Shown piece after piece: positions 24,438-33,701 of a DNA stretch of 64,000 nt (position 1 is its first letter; each line of letters starts with the position of its first letter). Origin of the DNA: Deltaproteobacteria bacterium. Its GTDB lineage: Bacteria; Myxococcota_A; UBA9160; SMWR01. The translations under genes and the position numbers were made by a program. The DNA lies in contig JAQBHB010000036.1 of the NCBI GenBank assembly GCA_032128115.1, forward strand, positions 5,872 to 69,871. Reading direction: 5' to 3'. The notes under the pieces are model-generated. The model was not told where the DNA came from. It saw nothing but the letters and a program-made list of their open reading frames with translations, and did not search any database.

Positions 24438-25866
24438 ACTTCGCTCCGGGCCGGGGGCTATTGAACGAAACGAGCCGACCCGGGGCCCACGCCAGGGTCG
24501 CCGAAACCACCGCCGCGGCGACCAGCCACACCGAGTAGCGATAGTCGATCGCCGGAGCGAGCACCGCCAGAGGCACCACGGACAGCAAGCCGCTCGCAGC
24601 GATCGCCCGCGCGACGCGAGTCCTCTCGTCTCGTGCCCGCCAGGAGAATCCGAATACCAGCGTCGCGAGCAGCAGGTAGACCCACGGCAGACACGGGAGG
24701 CTGCCCTCGCAGGCGTCGAGCAGACTCTTGAGTGGTGCGTAGCCTGGGCGCGGCGAGAACTCGAGGGAGAACGTGTAGCCTTCGATCGGCTCGAACACGT
24801 GGACGAAGACCGGATCGGGTGCGAAGAGGACCGCTCGCATGATTCGGCCCCGATGGACCAGGTACTCCCGGGGGTGATCGACGATCGCTGCGAGCCAGGT
24901 TCCCAGGATCTCCCAGGACTCGCGAGTCGTGAGATGGGCGTGGTCGATGTCCTGGGTGAGCCGGCCGTCGACGCGCACGCGGCGGTAGTCGCAGCGGTAG
25001 GTCCTCGAGATCCAGCGCAGGCGCTTCAGGTCGAGGTCGGCTCGCGTGATCGCGGAACGTGGCACCAGGAGTTCGTTTCTCATGAGCGAGATCTGGGACA
25101 GGTCCCAGAGTGGGACGGCGGTGAAATAGGCCGTCCTCTTCACGCCCACGGTATTGACGACGGCCGCCCCTGAGATCATCGCCACCCCCAACGCGGCAAA
25201 GGCGCCGATCCGGCCCACCCGGCGCGACGCCAGCAGGGAATCCGCCAGCAGCCACAGCAGGGGCAGCACCGTCAAGAGGTTGTTGAAGCGAACCGCCAGG
25301 GCGTAGAACGCGAAGGGGAGCGCGGCCATGGCGGGCCCCTTCCTGCCACTTGCACGGGCCTGTAGCGTTAGCCCGCTCGTCGCCATCAGGGCGGACATGG
25401 AGCCCGAGTCTTTCGAGATGGTCGCCAGCACGCCGAATACCGGGGGGAAGAATCCGAGACCGAGCACGAGCAGTCCGCGCCCGACGGCGCCTTGCGCCAG
25501 GTTCGAGGCGATCAGCGCGAGGCCCGCCCAGTAGCCTCCGGCCTGCACGACGAGCATTCCGCTCGGCCCGAAGCTCACCTGATTCGTCAATTTCCACAGG
25601 TAGACCATGATCGGGGGGTGGGAGTTGTCGATTTCCCCGCTCGCGGCCTGTTGCAGCTGCCACGTGGCGTCCCACTCCATGAAGCCCGGAAAGAAGAGAT
25701 ACAGCGTGGCTGAAAACCCGATGACGCTCGCTAGCCAGGGCGCCCACGCCTTCTGGGACCGCCCCCTCGCTTGCTCCCCTCCGGCCGCGACTTCGATCTT
25801 CTGGTCCACGGGCCTTGCTACCTTGTGCCTGGCGCCTGGGAGAAGGTACCGCGCCGGGGCGCCCAC
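24385..25866 (-). CDS. polytopic membrane protein, GT-C-like glycosyltransferase candidate (493 aa)
   Basis: Ten or more hydrophobic helices. Acidic motif in the first predicted outer loop (FPGFMEWDATW), as in PMT/ArnT-type GT-C enzymes. Divergent from the methyltransferase-GT2-DUF2304 operon. GTG start; the 5' end is uncertain. Fold call not verified. Confidence 0.6.
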   Translation of the reverse strand: MGAPARYLLPGARHKVARPVDQKIEVAAGGEQARGRSQKAWAPWLASVIGFSATLYLFFPGFMEWDATWQLQQAASGEIDNSHPPIMVYLWKLTNQVSFGPSGMLVVQAGGYWAGLALIASNLAQGAVGRGLLVLGLGFFPPVFGVLATISKDSGSMSALMATSGLTLQARASGRKGPAMAALPFAFYALAVRFNNLLTVLPLLWLLADSLLASRRVGRIGAFAALGVAMISGAAVVNTVGVKRTAYFTAVPLWDLSQISLMRNELLVPRSAITRADLDLKRLRWISRTYRCDYRRVRVDGRLTQDIDHAHLTTRESWEILGTWLAAIVDHPREYLVHRGRIMRAVLFAPDPVFVHVFEPIEGYTFSLEFSPRPGYAPLKSLLDACEGSLPCLPWVYLLLATLVFGFSWRARDERTRVARAIAASGLLSVVPLAVLAPAIDYRYSVWLVAAAVVSATLAWAPGRLVSFNSPRPGAKFISRPGPEGSGDREFPA

Positions 25867-25886
25867 TTGATAGAATCGGTGATCCC

Positions 25887-26624
25887 ATGGAGATCGATTC
25901 CGACAGTCTCGAGCGCCTCGTACCCGATCGGGCCGCCCCGTGGGGGGTCACGGGGAGCAAGACACTCGCTCTGCACCTGCAGCGCTACGCGTTCGCGTTG
26001 GAGCACGCGAAACCCGGGCGCCTGCTGGACGCCGCCTGCGGGGTCGGGTATGGCACGCGGCTCCTGTCCGATCAGGCCCCGGGCGTCGAAGCCCACGGAA
26101 TCGACATCTCCGAGCAGACGATCGCCTACGCGCGTAAGCGTTATGGAAATGCGGCGACCCACTTCACCTGGGCCGATGCCCTGCGCTTCAACGACCCGGA
26201 GGGCTTCGACACGATCGTGTCCCTCGAGACAATCGAGCACGTGCCCGATCCCCCTGCGCTGGTGGCGCACCTGCTCACGCTTCTGCGGCCGGGCGGCGTC
26301 TTCGTGGCTTCGGTGCCGACCACGCCGACCACGGACGTCAACCCGCACCACCTCCACGATTTCACCCAGAAGTCGTTCCGACACATGGTAGAGGCCCACG
26401 GGCTGGAGGAGATCGCCAGTACCCAGCAGGTGCATTCGGTGAATCCGCTCACGATGCTCACGAGAAAGGAGGCGCGATTGAGCGACGTCCGACGGGGCCT
26501 CGTCCGCTACTACCTGTCGCATCCGGCGTCCCTGGCCCGTCGGGTGGGAGCGACGCTCCGCTACGGATTCTCCATCCACTACTTGACCGTCGCGTGGCAG
26601 AGCCCGTCCGATCCAGCCGCATGA
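25887..26624 (+). CDS. class I SAM-dependent methyltransferase
   Basis: Trimmed to ATG 25887. Motif I LLDAACGVGYGTRLL, later FDTIVSLETIEHV and LRPGGVFVAS. Confidence 0.85.
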   Translation: MEIDSDSLERLVPDRAAPWGVTGSKTLALHLQRYAFALEHAKPGRLLDAACGVGYGTRLLSDQAPGVEAHGIDISEQTIAYARKRYGNAATHFTWADALRFNDPEGFDTIVSLETIEHVPDPPALVAHLLTLLRPGGVFVASVPTTPTTDVNPHHLHDFTQKSFRHMVEAHGLEEIASTQQVHSVNPLTMLTRKEARLSDVRRGLVRYYLSHPASLARRVGATLRYGFSIHYLTVAWQSPSDPAA

Positions 26625-27334
26625 GTTCCGGAGATGCGATTACCCTGATTCCCGCCTTCAACGAGGAGCCGCGACTGCCCGCGATTCTGGAGGGTCTGCG
26701 CGACGTGTTCGGAGAATCCGAGGTCGTGGTGATCGACGACGGTTCCCGCGACGGGACGGGCGCGGTGGCCCGGCGTCACGGGGCTACGGTGCTGACCCAC
26801 CCCTTCAACCTGGGGTACGGAGCAGCGCTCCAGACCGGCTACAAGTACGCCCTCGGGCGGGGCGCGAAGCTGGTGGTCCAGATAGACGCGGACGGTCAGC
26901 ACGATCCGAGGCAGATCCCCGCACTGGTGCGACTTCTACTCGAGGGGGAGGCCGATCTGGTACTAGGCTCGCGCTTCCTGGAGCCAGGCATGTATCACAT
27001 GGGTCGTATGCGCACGATCGCTCGCCTGGGCTTCCAGCGCCTGGCGCGGGTGGCGGGTCTCCAGATCACCGACCCCACGTCCGGATTCCAGGCCATGAAT
27101 CGAGCCGTACTCGATCTCTACACGCTGGAATTCTTCCCATCCGACTATCCCGACGTCGACGTGTTGCTCGAGGCACACCGCAGCGGTCTGCGCATCCGCG
27201 AATGCCCGGTCGCCATGAACGAGAGTCAGCGACCGTCTACGCTCCATGGCGGTCTCAAGTCCCTCTACTACATCTACCGGCTGGCGCTGGCCCTGTTCGC
27301 GGGGCTGCGCCTGGGAAACCAACGCCAGGGCTGA
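26621..27334 (+). CDS. GT2-family glycosyltransferase (polyprenyl-phosphate sugar synthase type, DPM1/PpgS-like)
   Basis: ATG 26621 overlaps the methyltransferase stop (ATGA). Motifs ITLIPAFNEE, VVVIDDGSRDGT and QIDADGQHDP (DxD). Size and lack of TM helices fit Dpm1-like enzymes. Confidence 0.85.
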   Translation: MSSGDAITLIPAFNEEPRLPAILEGLRDVFGESEVVVIDDGSRDGTGAVARRHGATVLTHPFNLGYGAALQTGYKYALGRGAKLVVQIDADGQHDPRQIPALVRLLLEGEADLVLGSRFLEPGMYHMGRMRTIARLGFQRLARVAGLQITDPTSGFQAMNRAVLDLYTLEFFPSDYPDVDVLLEAHRSGLRIRECPVAMNESQRPSTLHGGLKSLYYIYRLALALFAGLRLGNQRQG

Positions 27335-27348
27335 GGAGGAGGAGAACC

Positions 27349-27798
27349 GTGGATCAGACCATCGACCTGGGCCAGCTGCGCGAGGCCTTCCTTCAGGCCT
27401 CCGAGTCTGACACGCCGCGCGTCATCGCGGTGGTGTTCAGTGTGCTGCTGCTGCTCGCGGTGCTCCTGCTGGTGAGGCGGCGCCGGCTTCGCGAGGAGTA
27501 CACCCCGATCTGGGTTGCCGTCTCCGTGGTGATCACCCTGGTGGCCCTGCGGCTCGACCTGCTCGTCGGCCTGACGCGCGCCGTCGGAGGTTGGACGGTG
27601 AGCTCGACCCTCTTCTTCCTGGGGGAGGTCTTCCTCCTGCTCATCTGTTTGCAATACGCCGTGCGGCTCTCGCGCCACGGAGACCGGATCAAGGACCTGG
27701 CCCAGGAGGCGGCGCTGATGCGCGCCCGGGTCGATCGGCTTTCTGGGCTCGCGGCCCGGGAGCGGGATCGACCGCTGGCCCCGGGGGCGCCCCGGTAA
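27349..27798 (+). CDS. DUF2304-like small membrane protein (149 aa)
   Basis: GTG 27349 preceded by GAGGAGGAGGAG. Helices separated by RRRRLREEYTPIW, then a C-terminal coiled segment (IKDLAQEAALMRARVDRL). Its position directly after a GT2 is the usual DUF2304 context. Confidence 0.7.
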   Translation: MDQTIDLGQLREAFLQASESDTPRVIAVVFSVLLLLAVLLLVRRRRLREEYTPIWVAVSVVITLVALRLDLLVGLTRAVGGWTVSSTLFFLGEVFLLLICLQYAVRLSRHGDRIKDLAQEAALMRARVDRLSGLAARERDRPLAPGAPR

Positions 27799-27815
27799 GC
27801 GGTGCGCTGAGCCGT

Positions 27816-29972
27816 TTACGAGCCGGGGGTCGCCGTCAACTCGAAGCTGCCGTGCTGCGGATCCTCGGAGACCACTCGAATGAATCCGGACTTCAGCAAG
27901 GTGGCCAGAACCGCGTCTCCGGTGAGCCGGATGGAGAATCCGGAGAGGACGAGATCGGGGTCGTCCGGGAACGGGGCCGGGACGTCGCCCAGCGCCGGAA
28001 AAGCGGTGGCGCTTCGGACGGGCAGGTCGGTCTGGACGCGCAGTCGCGCCGCGGGGTTGCCGCTGTCGATCGCCGCCCATCCGCGAAGGATCACGTCGGC
28101 GCTGTCTCCGATCCGGATGACCTGCTCGCGACGCACGAAGCCGCGCACGTCGAAACTGCCCGCGCGTGTGGCTTCGATCTGTACGCTGATCCGGGCGGGG
28201 TCGAAGGCGTCGATCGGCAACCACACCACGTCGTTGTCCGTCAGGTACGGCTGGCGTCTCGGCGTCAGATTGATGAACAAGGTCCGATTGAACAGGTGTT
28301 CGAGGCGATCGGCTGGAAGATCCGGCAGCAGGGAGCGGAAGAACTCCAGCCGCGCTGCCAGCAGCGCGTGGGTCGCCGACTCGTATCCCCAACCGTTCAG
28401 CCAGGCGCCATAGGCGCCGTCGACTACCAACCAGCCCCTGGGGTGATTCCGGGCCACGCGATCGAGTGTGGCGGTGATCGGGGTGGCGGGGCGATCGAAG
28501 ATCGGCTTCGCCGACTGGATCGGATTGAAGCTGCCGAATCCAAGCAGGTTGGCGAGGGCCGCGCAGGCGAGCAGTGCCGCCGGCAGATGCTCGCGCAGTT
28601 TCACGCGGAGCGAGTAGACCACCCCCAGCGGCACGAGGATCAGCATTTCGTCGATCTGTGGCCGAAGCCGTGCGGGGGCCAGCAGATGCTCCGAGGCGAA
28701 CCAGGCCGCGACCACGGCCAGCCCGGCGCCGAGCATGCGGCGGCCCGTGATCCGCAGCGGAGCCGCGACGAGGGCACGGAGAGTCCACAGGAACACCAGG
28801 AATCCGCAGGCAAACCACATCCGCGTGGCGGGAACGCGATGCCAGAGGAACGGGACGCCGAAGCTGCTGGGAAGGGGCACCAGGATCCAGACGGACGTGA
28901 GGAGGACTCCGATCCCGAGAACGCCCAGTTGCCAGCGCAGCCGGTCGTCGGCGTCCGCTGGTGCCGATAGGCGCCGTTTCAGTGTGCGACCGTCCAGGAA
29001 GAAGATCGACAGGAGGGGAAGATAGGTTCCGACCGTGGACGCCTCGCAGATGTTCCATCCCGTCAGGGATCGGAAGCCGGAGGTGACGAGAAACGGGAAG
29101 ATCTGCGCCAGCCATTGAACTGCGACCACCTCCTCCGCGCCCCCGCTGACCCGCATGCCGGGAAAGACCGTTCCGGCGACGCTGGGGATCACGTCGCGCA
29201 GGTAGAAGCCCACCAGCAGCGCCCCCAGGGCGGCCCCCAGTAGTGGCGGAATCAGGTGCGCCGGCCGCAACGCCTGGGGCCGAAACGCAGCAACGGTCAC
29301 CAGCCCGGCGAAAGCGAGCGAGATCAGGGTTGGCGGGTAGAGGTGTGCGAACAGCCAGCCCGCGCTGACGTACAGGGCGAGCGCTGATTTCACCCAGGGC
29401 CGCTGTAACGACGTGAAGACCAGCAGCAGCCATGGAAAGCCCGCCAGCACGGGTCCGAGCGTGGTCCACCAGGTCTGTACGAAGCTGGTGAAGAAGAGCA
29501 CCAGCGCGGCCAGGGCCGCCTGGTTCCGGTTCAGGGGAACGATCTGCAGCAGACGGTAGTAGCCCAGCAGGAAGAGCACGATGAAGAACGCGTGATAGAA
29601 CGAGAACGCGTGGGCCGCCGGCGCCAGGTAGAACGGCCAGAAGAAGGGCTTGAAGACGAGGGACCAGTCGGCGAGTGGGAGCCCGTTCAGGTTGCGTAGA
29701 TCCTCGGCGTAGATCGACGTCCGGTTGAAGCGCTCGAAGCCGTTGTTGACGGTCGCCTGGATCAGGGGCGTCCAGAGACTCCACTCGTCGCTGCGGATGT
29801 CGCGAGGCTGCCCGAGCACGAGTCCGGTTCCGGAAGCGCCGACGCGCTCGAAGACCTGTCCGTAGGAGGAGGGGGTCCAGGCCAGCGCGACGTACACCAG
29901 GGCGGCCATCAACACGACGAGCGTGAACGGATCCCGAGTCGATGCGGTGCGGAGGCTCCCCATCTTCGTCAT
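27816..29972 (-). CDS. 718-aa polytopic membrane protein with C-terminal soluble domain; second GT-C-like candidate, family not recognised
   Basis: About 12 hydrophobic segments in the first ~480 aa. First loop RDIRSDEWSLWTPLIQ (acidic DE-W motif). C-terminal ~230 aa hydrophilic. Convergent with the GT2/DUF2304 operon, 17 nt apart. Confidence 0.6.
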   Translation of the reverse strand: MTKMGSLRTASTRDPFTLVVLMAALVYVALAWTPSSYGQVFERVGASGTGLVLGQPRDIRSDEWSLWTPLIQATVNNGFERFNRTSIYAEDLRNLNGLPLADWSLVFKPFFWPFYLAPAAHAFSFYHAFFIVLFLLGYYRLLQIVPLNRNQAALAALVLFFTSFVQTWWTTLGPVLAGFPWLLLVFTSLQRPWVKSALALYVSAGWLFAHLYPPTLISLAFAGLVTVAAFRPQALRPAHLIPPLLGAALGALLVGFYLRDVIPSVAGTVFPGMRVSGGAEEVVAVQWLAQIFPFLVTSGFRSLTGWNICEASTVGTYLPLLSIFFLDGRTLKRRLSAPADADDRLRWQLGVLGIGVLLTSVWILVPLPSSFGVPFLWHRVPATRMWFACGFLVFLWTLRALVAAPLRITGRRMLGAGLAVVAAWFASEHLLAPARLRPQIDEMLILVPLGVVYSLRVKLREHLPAALLACAALANLLGFGSFNPIQSAKPIFDRPATPITATLDRVARNHPRGWLVVDGAYGAWLNGWGYESATHALLAARLEFFRSLLPDLPADRLEHLFNRTLFINLTPRRQPYLTDNDVVWLPIDAFDPARISVQIEATRAGSFDVRGFVRREQVIRIGDSADVILRGWAAIDSGNPAARLRVQTDLPVRSATAFPALGDVPAPFPDDPDLVLSGFSIRLTGDAVLATLLKSGFIRVVSEDPQHGSFELTATPGS

Positions 29973-30005
29973 CGGAGTGCATTCTACCCGGAAGGGAAGA
30001 GCCGA

Positions 30006-31193
30006 TCAGCGATCCGCGCCCAGGATCAGGCCGCTGGTGGGAACCCCGGTGCCGGCGGTGACCACCGTATGTTCCACGTCCTTCACCTGGTTCACGGCAG
30101 TACCCCGGACCTGGCGCACGGCTTCGCTGATGCCGTTCATGCCGTGGATGTAGGCTTCGCCCAGCTGGCCGCCGTGGGTGTTGATGGGAAGCCGACCGCC
30201 CATCTCGATGTTGCCGTCCTTCACGAAGTCCTTGGCCTCGCCCTTCTTGCAGAAGCCGAACTCTTCCAGCTGGGACAGCACGAACGGCGTGAAGTGGTCG
30301 TAGATCGTGGCGGTCTGGATGTCGTCGGGGCCAAGGCCCGCCGTGGCATAGAGCTGCCGGGCCACGAGCCCCACCTCGGGCAGTCCGGTGATGTCGGCGC
30401 TGTAGAATCCCGTCATCATCTGCTGCTCGTTGCTTGCGCCCTGGGCAGCGGCCCGGATCACGGCGGGCGGCTGGCGCAGATCCCGCGCGCGCGAAAGGCT
30501 CGTCACCACCACTGCGACGGCACCGTCGCTCTCCTGGCAGCAGTCCAGCAGACGCAGGGGCGCCACGATCCAGCGCGAATTCTGGTGATCTTCCAGGCTG
30601 ATCGGCTGCTGGTAGAACCACGCTTCCGGGTTGCTGGCCGCGTGCTTGCGCGCCGCCACCGACACGCGCCCGAAGTCCGCGGTGGTGGCCCCCGTCTCGT
30701 ACAGGTAGCGCTGCCCCACCATCGCGACCCAGGAGGCCGGGGTGAGCAGCCCGTAGGGGGCGTACCAGCCGAAGTGGGCACTCTCGGTGGTGGGCATGGG
30801 GCGCCGACCCTGCACCCCCGTGCCGAAGCGCTGCATGGAGCGCTCGTTCATGGCGCGGTAGCACACCACCGTATTCGCAACCCCCGTGGCCACGGCCATG
30901 GCGGCCTGCAACACCGTGGCGCAGGCGGCGCCGCCGCCGTAGTGCACGCGGCTGAAGAACGTGAGATCCCCCCCGCCCAGGTAGCGATTGATCTCGATGG
31001 CGGGGTTGTTGTCCATGCTGAATGTGGCGTAGCCGTCCACATCCTTCGGCTCGAGTCCCGCGTCGGCAAGGGCGGTGCTCACCGCCTCGACAGCCAGGCG
31101 CAGCTCGCTGCGGCCCGAGTTCTTGGAGAACTCGGTGGCGCCAATTCCGACGATGGCGGTGCGGTCGCGGAGGTCGCTGGCGTGCGCGCTCAT
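30006..31193 (-). CDS. SCP-x/Ltp-type thiolase-fold protein (lipid-transfer-protein-like)
   Basis: 395 aa. TAIVGIGATEFSKNSGRSE, YGGGAACATVLQAAMAVATG, INTHGGQLGEAYIHGMNG and the C-terminal VVTAGTG are typical of nonspecific-lipid-transfer/thiolase family members found with DUF35 proteins. Confidence 0.85.
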   Translation of the reverse strand: MSAHASDLRDRTAIVGIGATEFSKNSGRSELRLAVEAVSTALADAGLEPKDVDGYATFSMDNNPAIEINRYLGGGDLTFFSRVHYGGGAACATVLQAAMAVATGVANTVVCYRAMNERSMQRFGTGVQGRRPMPTTESAHFGWYAPYGLLTPASWVAMVGQRYLYETGATTADFGRVSVAARKHAASNPEAWFYQQPISLEDHQNSRWIVAPLRLLDCCQESDGAVAVVVTSLSRARDLRQPPAVIRAAAQGASNEQQMMTGFYSADITGLPEVGLVARQLYATAGLGPDDIQTATIYDHFTPFVLSQLEEFGFCKKGEAKDFVKDGNIEMGGRLPINTHGGQLGEAYIHGMNGISEAVRQVRGTAVNQVKDVEHTVVTAGTGVPTSGLILGADR

Positions 31194-31203
31194 CGCAGAA
31201 GGC

Positions 31204-31620
31204 TCATGCGGGCAGCGTCAGATCCACGGAGCCGGTCACGTGGTTGCCGAGTTGGTTGCGGCCCGCGATCTCCACGCTGACCCGTCCGTCCGCCTTCCCG
31301 ACCACGCGGCCGCGCAGGGTCATGGTGTCGCCCGGGTAGTTGGGCGCGCCCAGGCGGATGTCCACCTTCTCGAGCCGCGCCTCGGGCCCGGCCCAGTCGG
31401 TCACGAACCGGCCCACGTAGCCGTTGGTCGTGAGGATGTTCATGAAGATGTCTTTCGAGCCGCGCTCGATGGCAAGGTCCCGGTCGTGGTGCACGTCCTG
31501 GTAGTCGCGCGATGCGATGGCCCCCGACACGATCACCGTGGCCGTGAGCGGGAGCACCAACTCGGGCAGGGCGTCTCCCACCTGGATCTGGTCGTAGTGC
31601 AGGGTGGTGGGAGAGGTCAT
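31204..31620 (-). CDS. MaoC-like (R)-hydratase hotdog-fold subunit (138 aa)
   Basis: Tail of track ORF 31204..33600 from ATG 31620, which overlaps the upstream ACAD stop (ATGA). Motif ASRDYQDVHHDRDLAIERGSKDIFMNILTTNGYVGRF. Confidence 0.85.
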   Translation of the reverse strand: MTSPTTLHYDQIQVGDALPELVLPLTATVIVSGAIASRDYQDVHHDRDLAIERGSKDIFMNILTTNGYVGRFVTDWAGPEARLEKVDIRLGAPNYPGDTMTLRGRVVGKADGRVSVEIAGRNQLGNHVTGSVDLTLPA

Positions 31621-32747
31621 CTCGGATCTCCAGGTGCCGCCAGGATCCGTCCCAGCACCTCGAGCTGCTCGCTGGCGCCGCCCAGGGTCATCGCCACCTG
31701 CTTGGCCCATAGGAAGTAGCGGTGGATGGGGTAGTCCACGTCGGCGCCGATACCCCCGTGCAGGTGCTGGGCGGCGTGCGCGACGCGTTCTCCGCCGCGA
31801 CAGGCCCACCACCGGGCAGCCGCGATCTCGGCTGCGGCGGTGCGGCCCTCGGAAACGAGCCAGGCCGCCTGGTACAGGGTGGCGCGCATGGCTTCGACGT
31901 CGATGAAGGCGTCGGCCGCGCGAAGCAAGACGCCCTGGAAGGTGGCGATGGGTCGGCCAAACTGCTTCCGCTGGGTCACGTACTCGGCGGTTCGCCGCAG
32001 GGCCTCTTCCGCGATCCCGAGCTGCACGGCCGAGAGCGCCAGCTGCGCTCGCTGCACGATCCATTCGACGATTTCGGCGCCGTTTGCCGCGTCGCCAAGT
32101 ACCGCGTCGGCCTCCACACGCGCCTGGTTCATCTCGAGGCGACCGTGGGGCTCGCGGTTGGTGGTCTGCTGGCGCTCGAGCTTCACACCGGGGTTGCGCG
32201 GGTCGAGCAGGAACACGCCGCAGGTGTGCTCGCCGGTGCGGGCCGGCACCAGGATCAGGTCGGCGCGCGGGGCGGCCGGCACGCACTCCTTGATGCCGTC
32301 CAGGCGCCAGCCGTCGCCGTCGCGGGCGGCAATCACGCGCGGGAGCGCCGCCACGGATCCCGCCGCTTCGTGCAGGGCGGCGGTGGCGATGCGCTCGCCC
32401 CGGGCCAGCGCCGGGAGCCACGCCTCGCGCTGGGCCTGGCTGCCGAACTCGGCCAGGGGCAGCCCCCCGAGCACCAGGGTCGGGAGCAGCGGCACCGGGG
32501 CCAGGTGACGCCCCAGTTCTTCGAGCACCAGGCAGATCTCCACGATTCCGCAGCCGATGCCGCCGTCGGCTTCGGGCAGCGCCAGGCCCGGAAGGTTTGC
32601 CCGGGACAGCTCCTGCCAGACGTCGTCGTCGAACCACTCGCCGCTGCGTTCCAGCTCCCGCAGGCGTTCGTGGCTGACGCGGTCGGCGAAGATCTGCCGG
32701 GCCAGATCGCGAATGGCTTCCTGCTCTTCGCTGAAGGAGAAGTCCAT
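31617..32747 (-). CDS. acyl-CoA dehydrogenase family protein
   Basis: 376 aa. ACAD N-terminal, middle and C-terminal pattern (MDFSFSEEQEAIRD.., ..QRKQFGRPIATFQGV.., ..LHGGIGADVDYPIHRYFLWAK..). Confidence 0.9.
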   Translation of the reverse strand: MDFSFSEEQEAIRDLARQIFADRVSHERLRELERSGEWFDDDVWQELSRANLPGLALPEADGGIGCGIVEICLVLEELGRHLAPVPLLPTLVLGGLPLAEFGSQAQREAWLPALARGERIATAALHEAAGSVAALPRVIAARDGDGWRLDGIKECVPAAPRADLILVPARTGEHTCGVFLLDPRNPGVKLERQQTTNREPHGRLEMNQARVEADAVLGDAANGAEIVEWIVQRAQLALSAVQLGIAEEALRRTAEYVTQRKQFGRPIATFQGVLLRAADAFIDVEAMRATLYQAAWLVSEGRTAAAEIAAARWWACRGGERVAHAAQHLHGGIGADVDYPIHRYFLWAKQVAMTLGGASEQLEVLGRILAAPGDPR

Positions 32748-32753
32748 GACGAC

Positions 32754-33701
32754 CTACGCCTCCGCCAGCTCGAACTGGAGCAGGGTGCGACCCTCCGCCA
32801 CCGGATCGAAGCGGGCGCGCACGCACATGCCGATCTCGATCGTCTCCGGGTCGATGCCCACCAGGTTCGACACGATCCGCGTTCCCTCCTCGAGCTCCAC
32901 CAGCACGATCGGGTTGGGGTCGGCGAAGGGCGGGATCTTCGGGTGGTGGGCAAGCACGAAGCTGTAGACCACACCGCGGCCACTCGACTCCAGTGCGTCC
33001 CACTCGAGCGATTGGCACTTCGGGCACATGGGACCGGGCGGATGCCGGAGCGCGCCGCAGATGCAGCGCTGAATCAGGAGCACGCCCTTTTCGACGCCCT
33101 CCCAGAAGAAGGCGTTGTCGTGGGTGATGGAGGGCAGCGGGCGCGGTCTCGTGGTTGCGGCCTTTTCCACCGCGTCCAGCTTCTTCGCAGGCGGCCGGAA
33201 CTTGAGGATCCGGAAGCGCATGGTCGCCACTTCGTCCCCGTTCTGATCCCGATAGGTCATCAGCGTGGTGACGAAATGGCCCACGCCCAGAGCCGTCTTC
33301 TTCTCGTCGGAGATCGACTCGACCTCCTGGGTCACGCTGAGCGCGTCGCCGGGTCGCAGGTAGCGCAGGTACTCCTGGGTGCAGTTGGTCGCTACGACGG
33401 ACGTGAAGCCCGCGTCGTCGAGCAGATGCATCACGCCTGGGCGTCTGGAGCTGGGAGCCTCGAGCGGTTGCCTGGGACGCAGCCCGGGCATGTTCCAGGC
33501 CTGCAGCATGGTGGGCGGTGCCACGATGCCAGCGTGCACGGACCGGGCGGCGAAGGCGGGATCCGTGTAGACGGGATTGCGGTCGCCCATGGCGTCGCAC
33601 CAGTGGCGGATCATGGGCAGGTTCACCGGGTCGCGCGCCGTCGAGGGCTCGCCGGTGCGCTTGCCCTCGAACTTCCGGAGCTGTTGGAGCAACTCGCTCA
33701 T
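32754..33701 (-). CDS. fusion of MaoC_dehydrat_N-type hotdog domain and DUF35 (Zn-ribbon + OB-fold) domain (315 aa), ChsH2-like architecture
   Basis: Tail of track ORF 32754..34934 from ATG 33701 (ATGA overlap with the upstream ACAD). N-terminal NLPMIRHWCDAMGDRNPVYTDPAFA..PPTMLQAW. C-terminal Zn ribbon RCICGALRHPPGPMCPKC followed by GVVYSFVLAHHP. Confidence 0.82.
   Translation of the reverse strand: MSELLQQLRKFEGKRTGEPSTARDPVNLPMIRHWCDAMGDRNPVYTDPAFAARSVHAGIVAPPTMLQAWNMPGLRPRQPLEAPSSRRPGVMHLLDDAGFTSVVATNCTQEYLRYLRPGDALSVTQEVESISDEKKTALGVGHFVTTLMTYRDQNGDEVATMRFRILKFRPPAKKLDAVEKAATTRPRPLPSITHDNAFFWEGVEKGVLLIQRCICGALRHPPGPMCPKCQSLEWDALESSGRGVVYSFVLAHHPKIPPFADPNPIVLVELEEGTRIVSNLVGIDPETIEIGMCVRARFDPVAEGRTLLQFELAEA

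Noticed and set aside
27274-30864. 1196-aa minus-strand ORF
   Set aside because: It is an Arg/Pro/Gly-rich, low-complexity translation. It runs across the DUF2304 gene, the 718-aa membrane protein (another frame) and the thiolase gene, each of which has a convincing protein in a different frame or strand.
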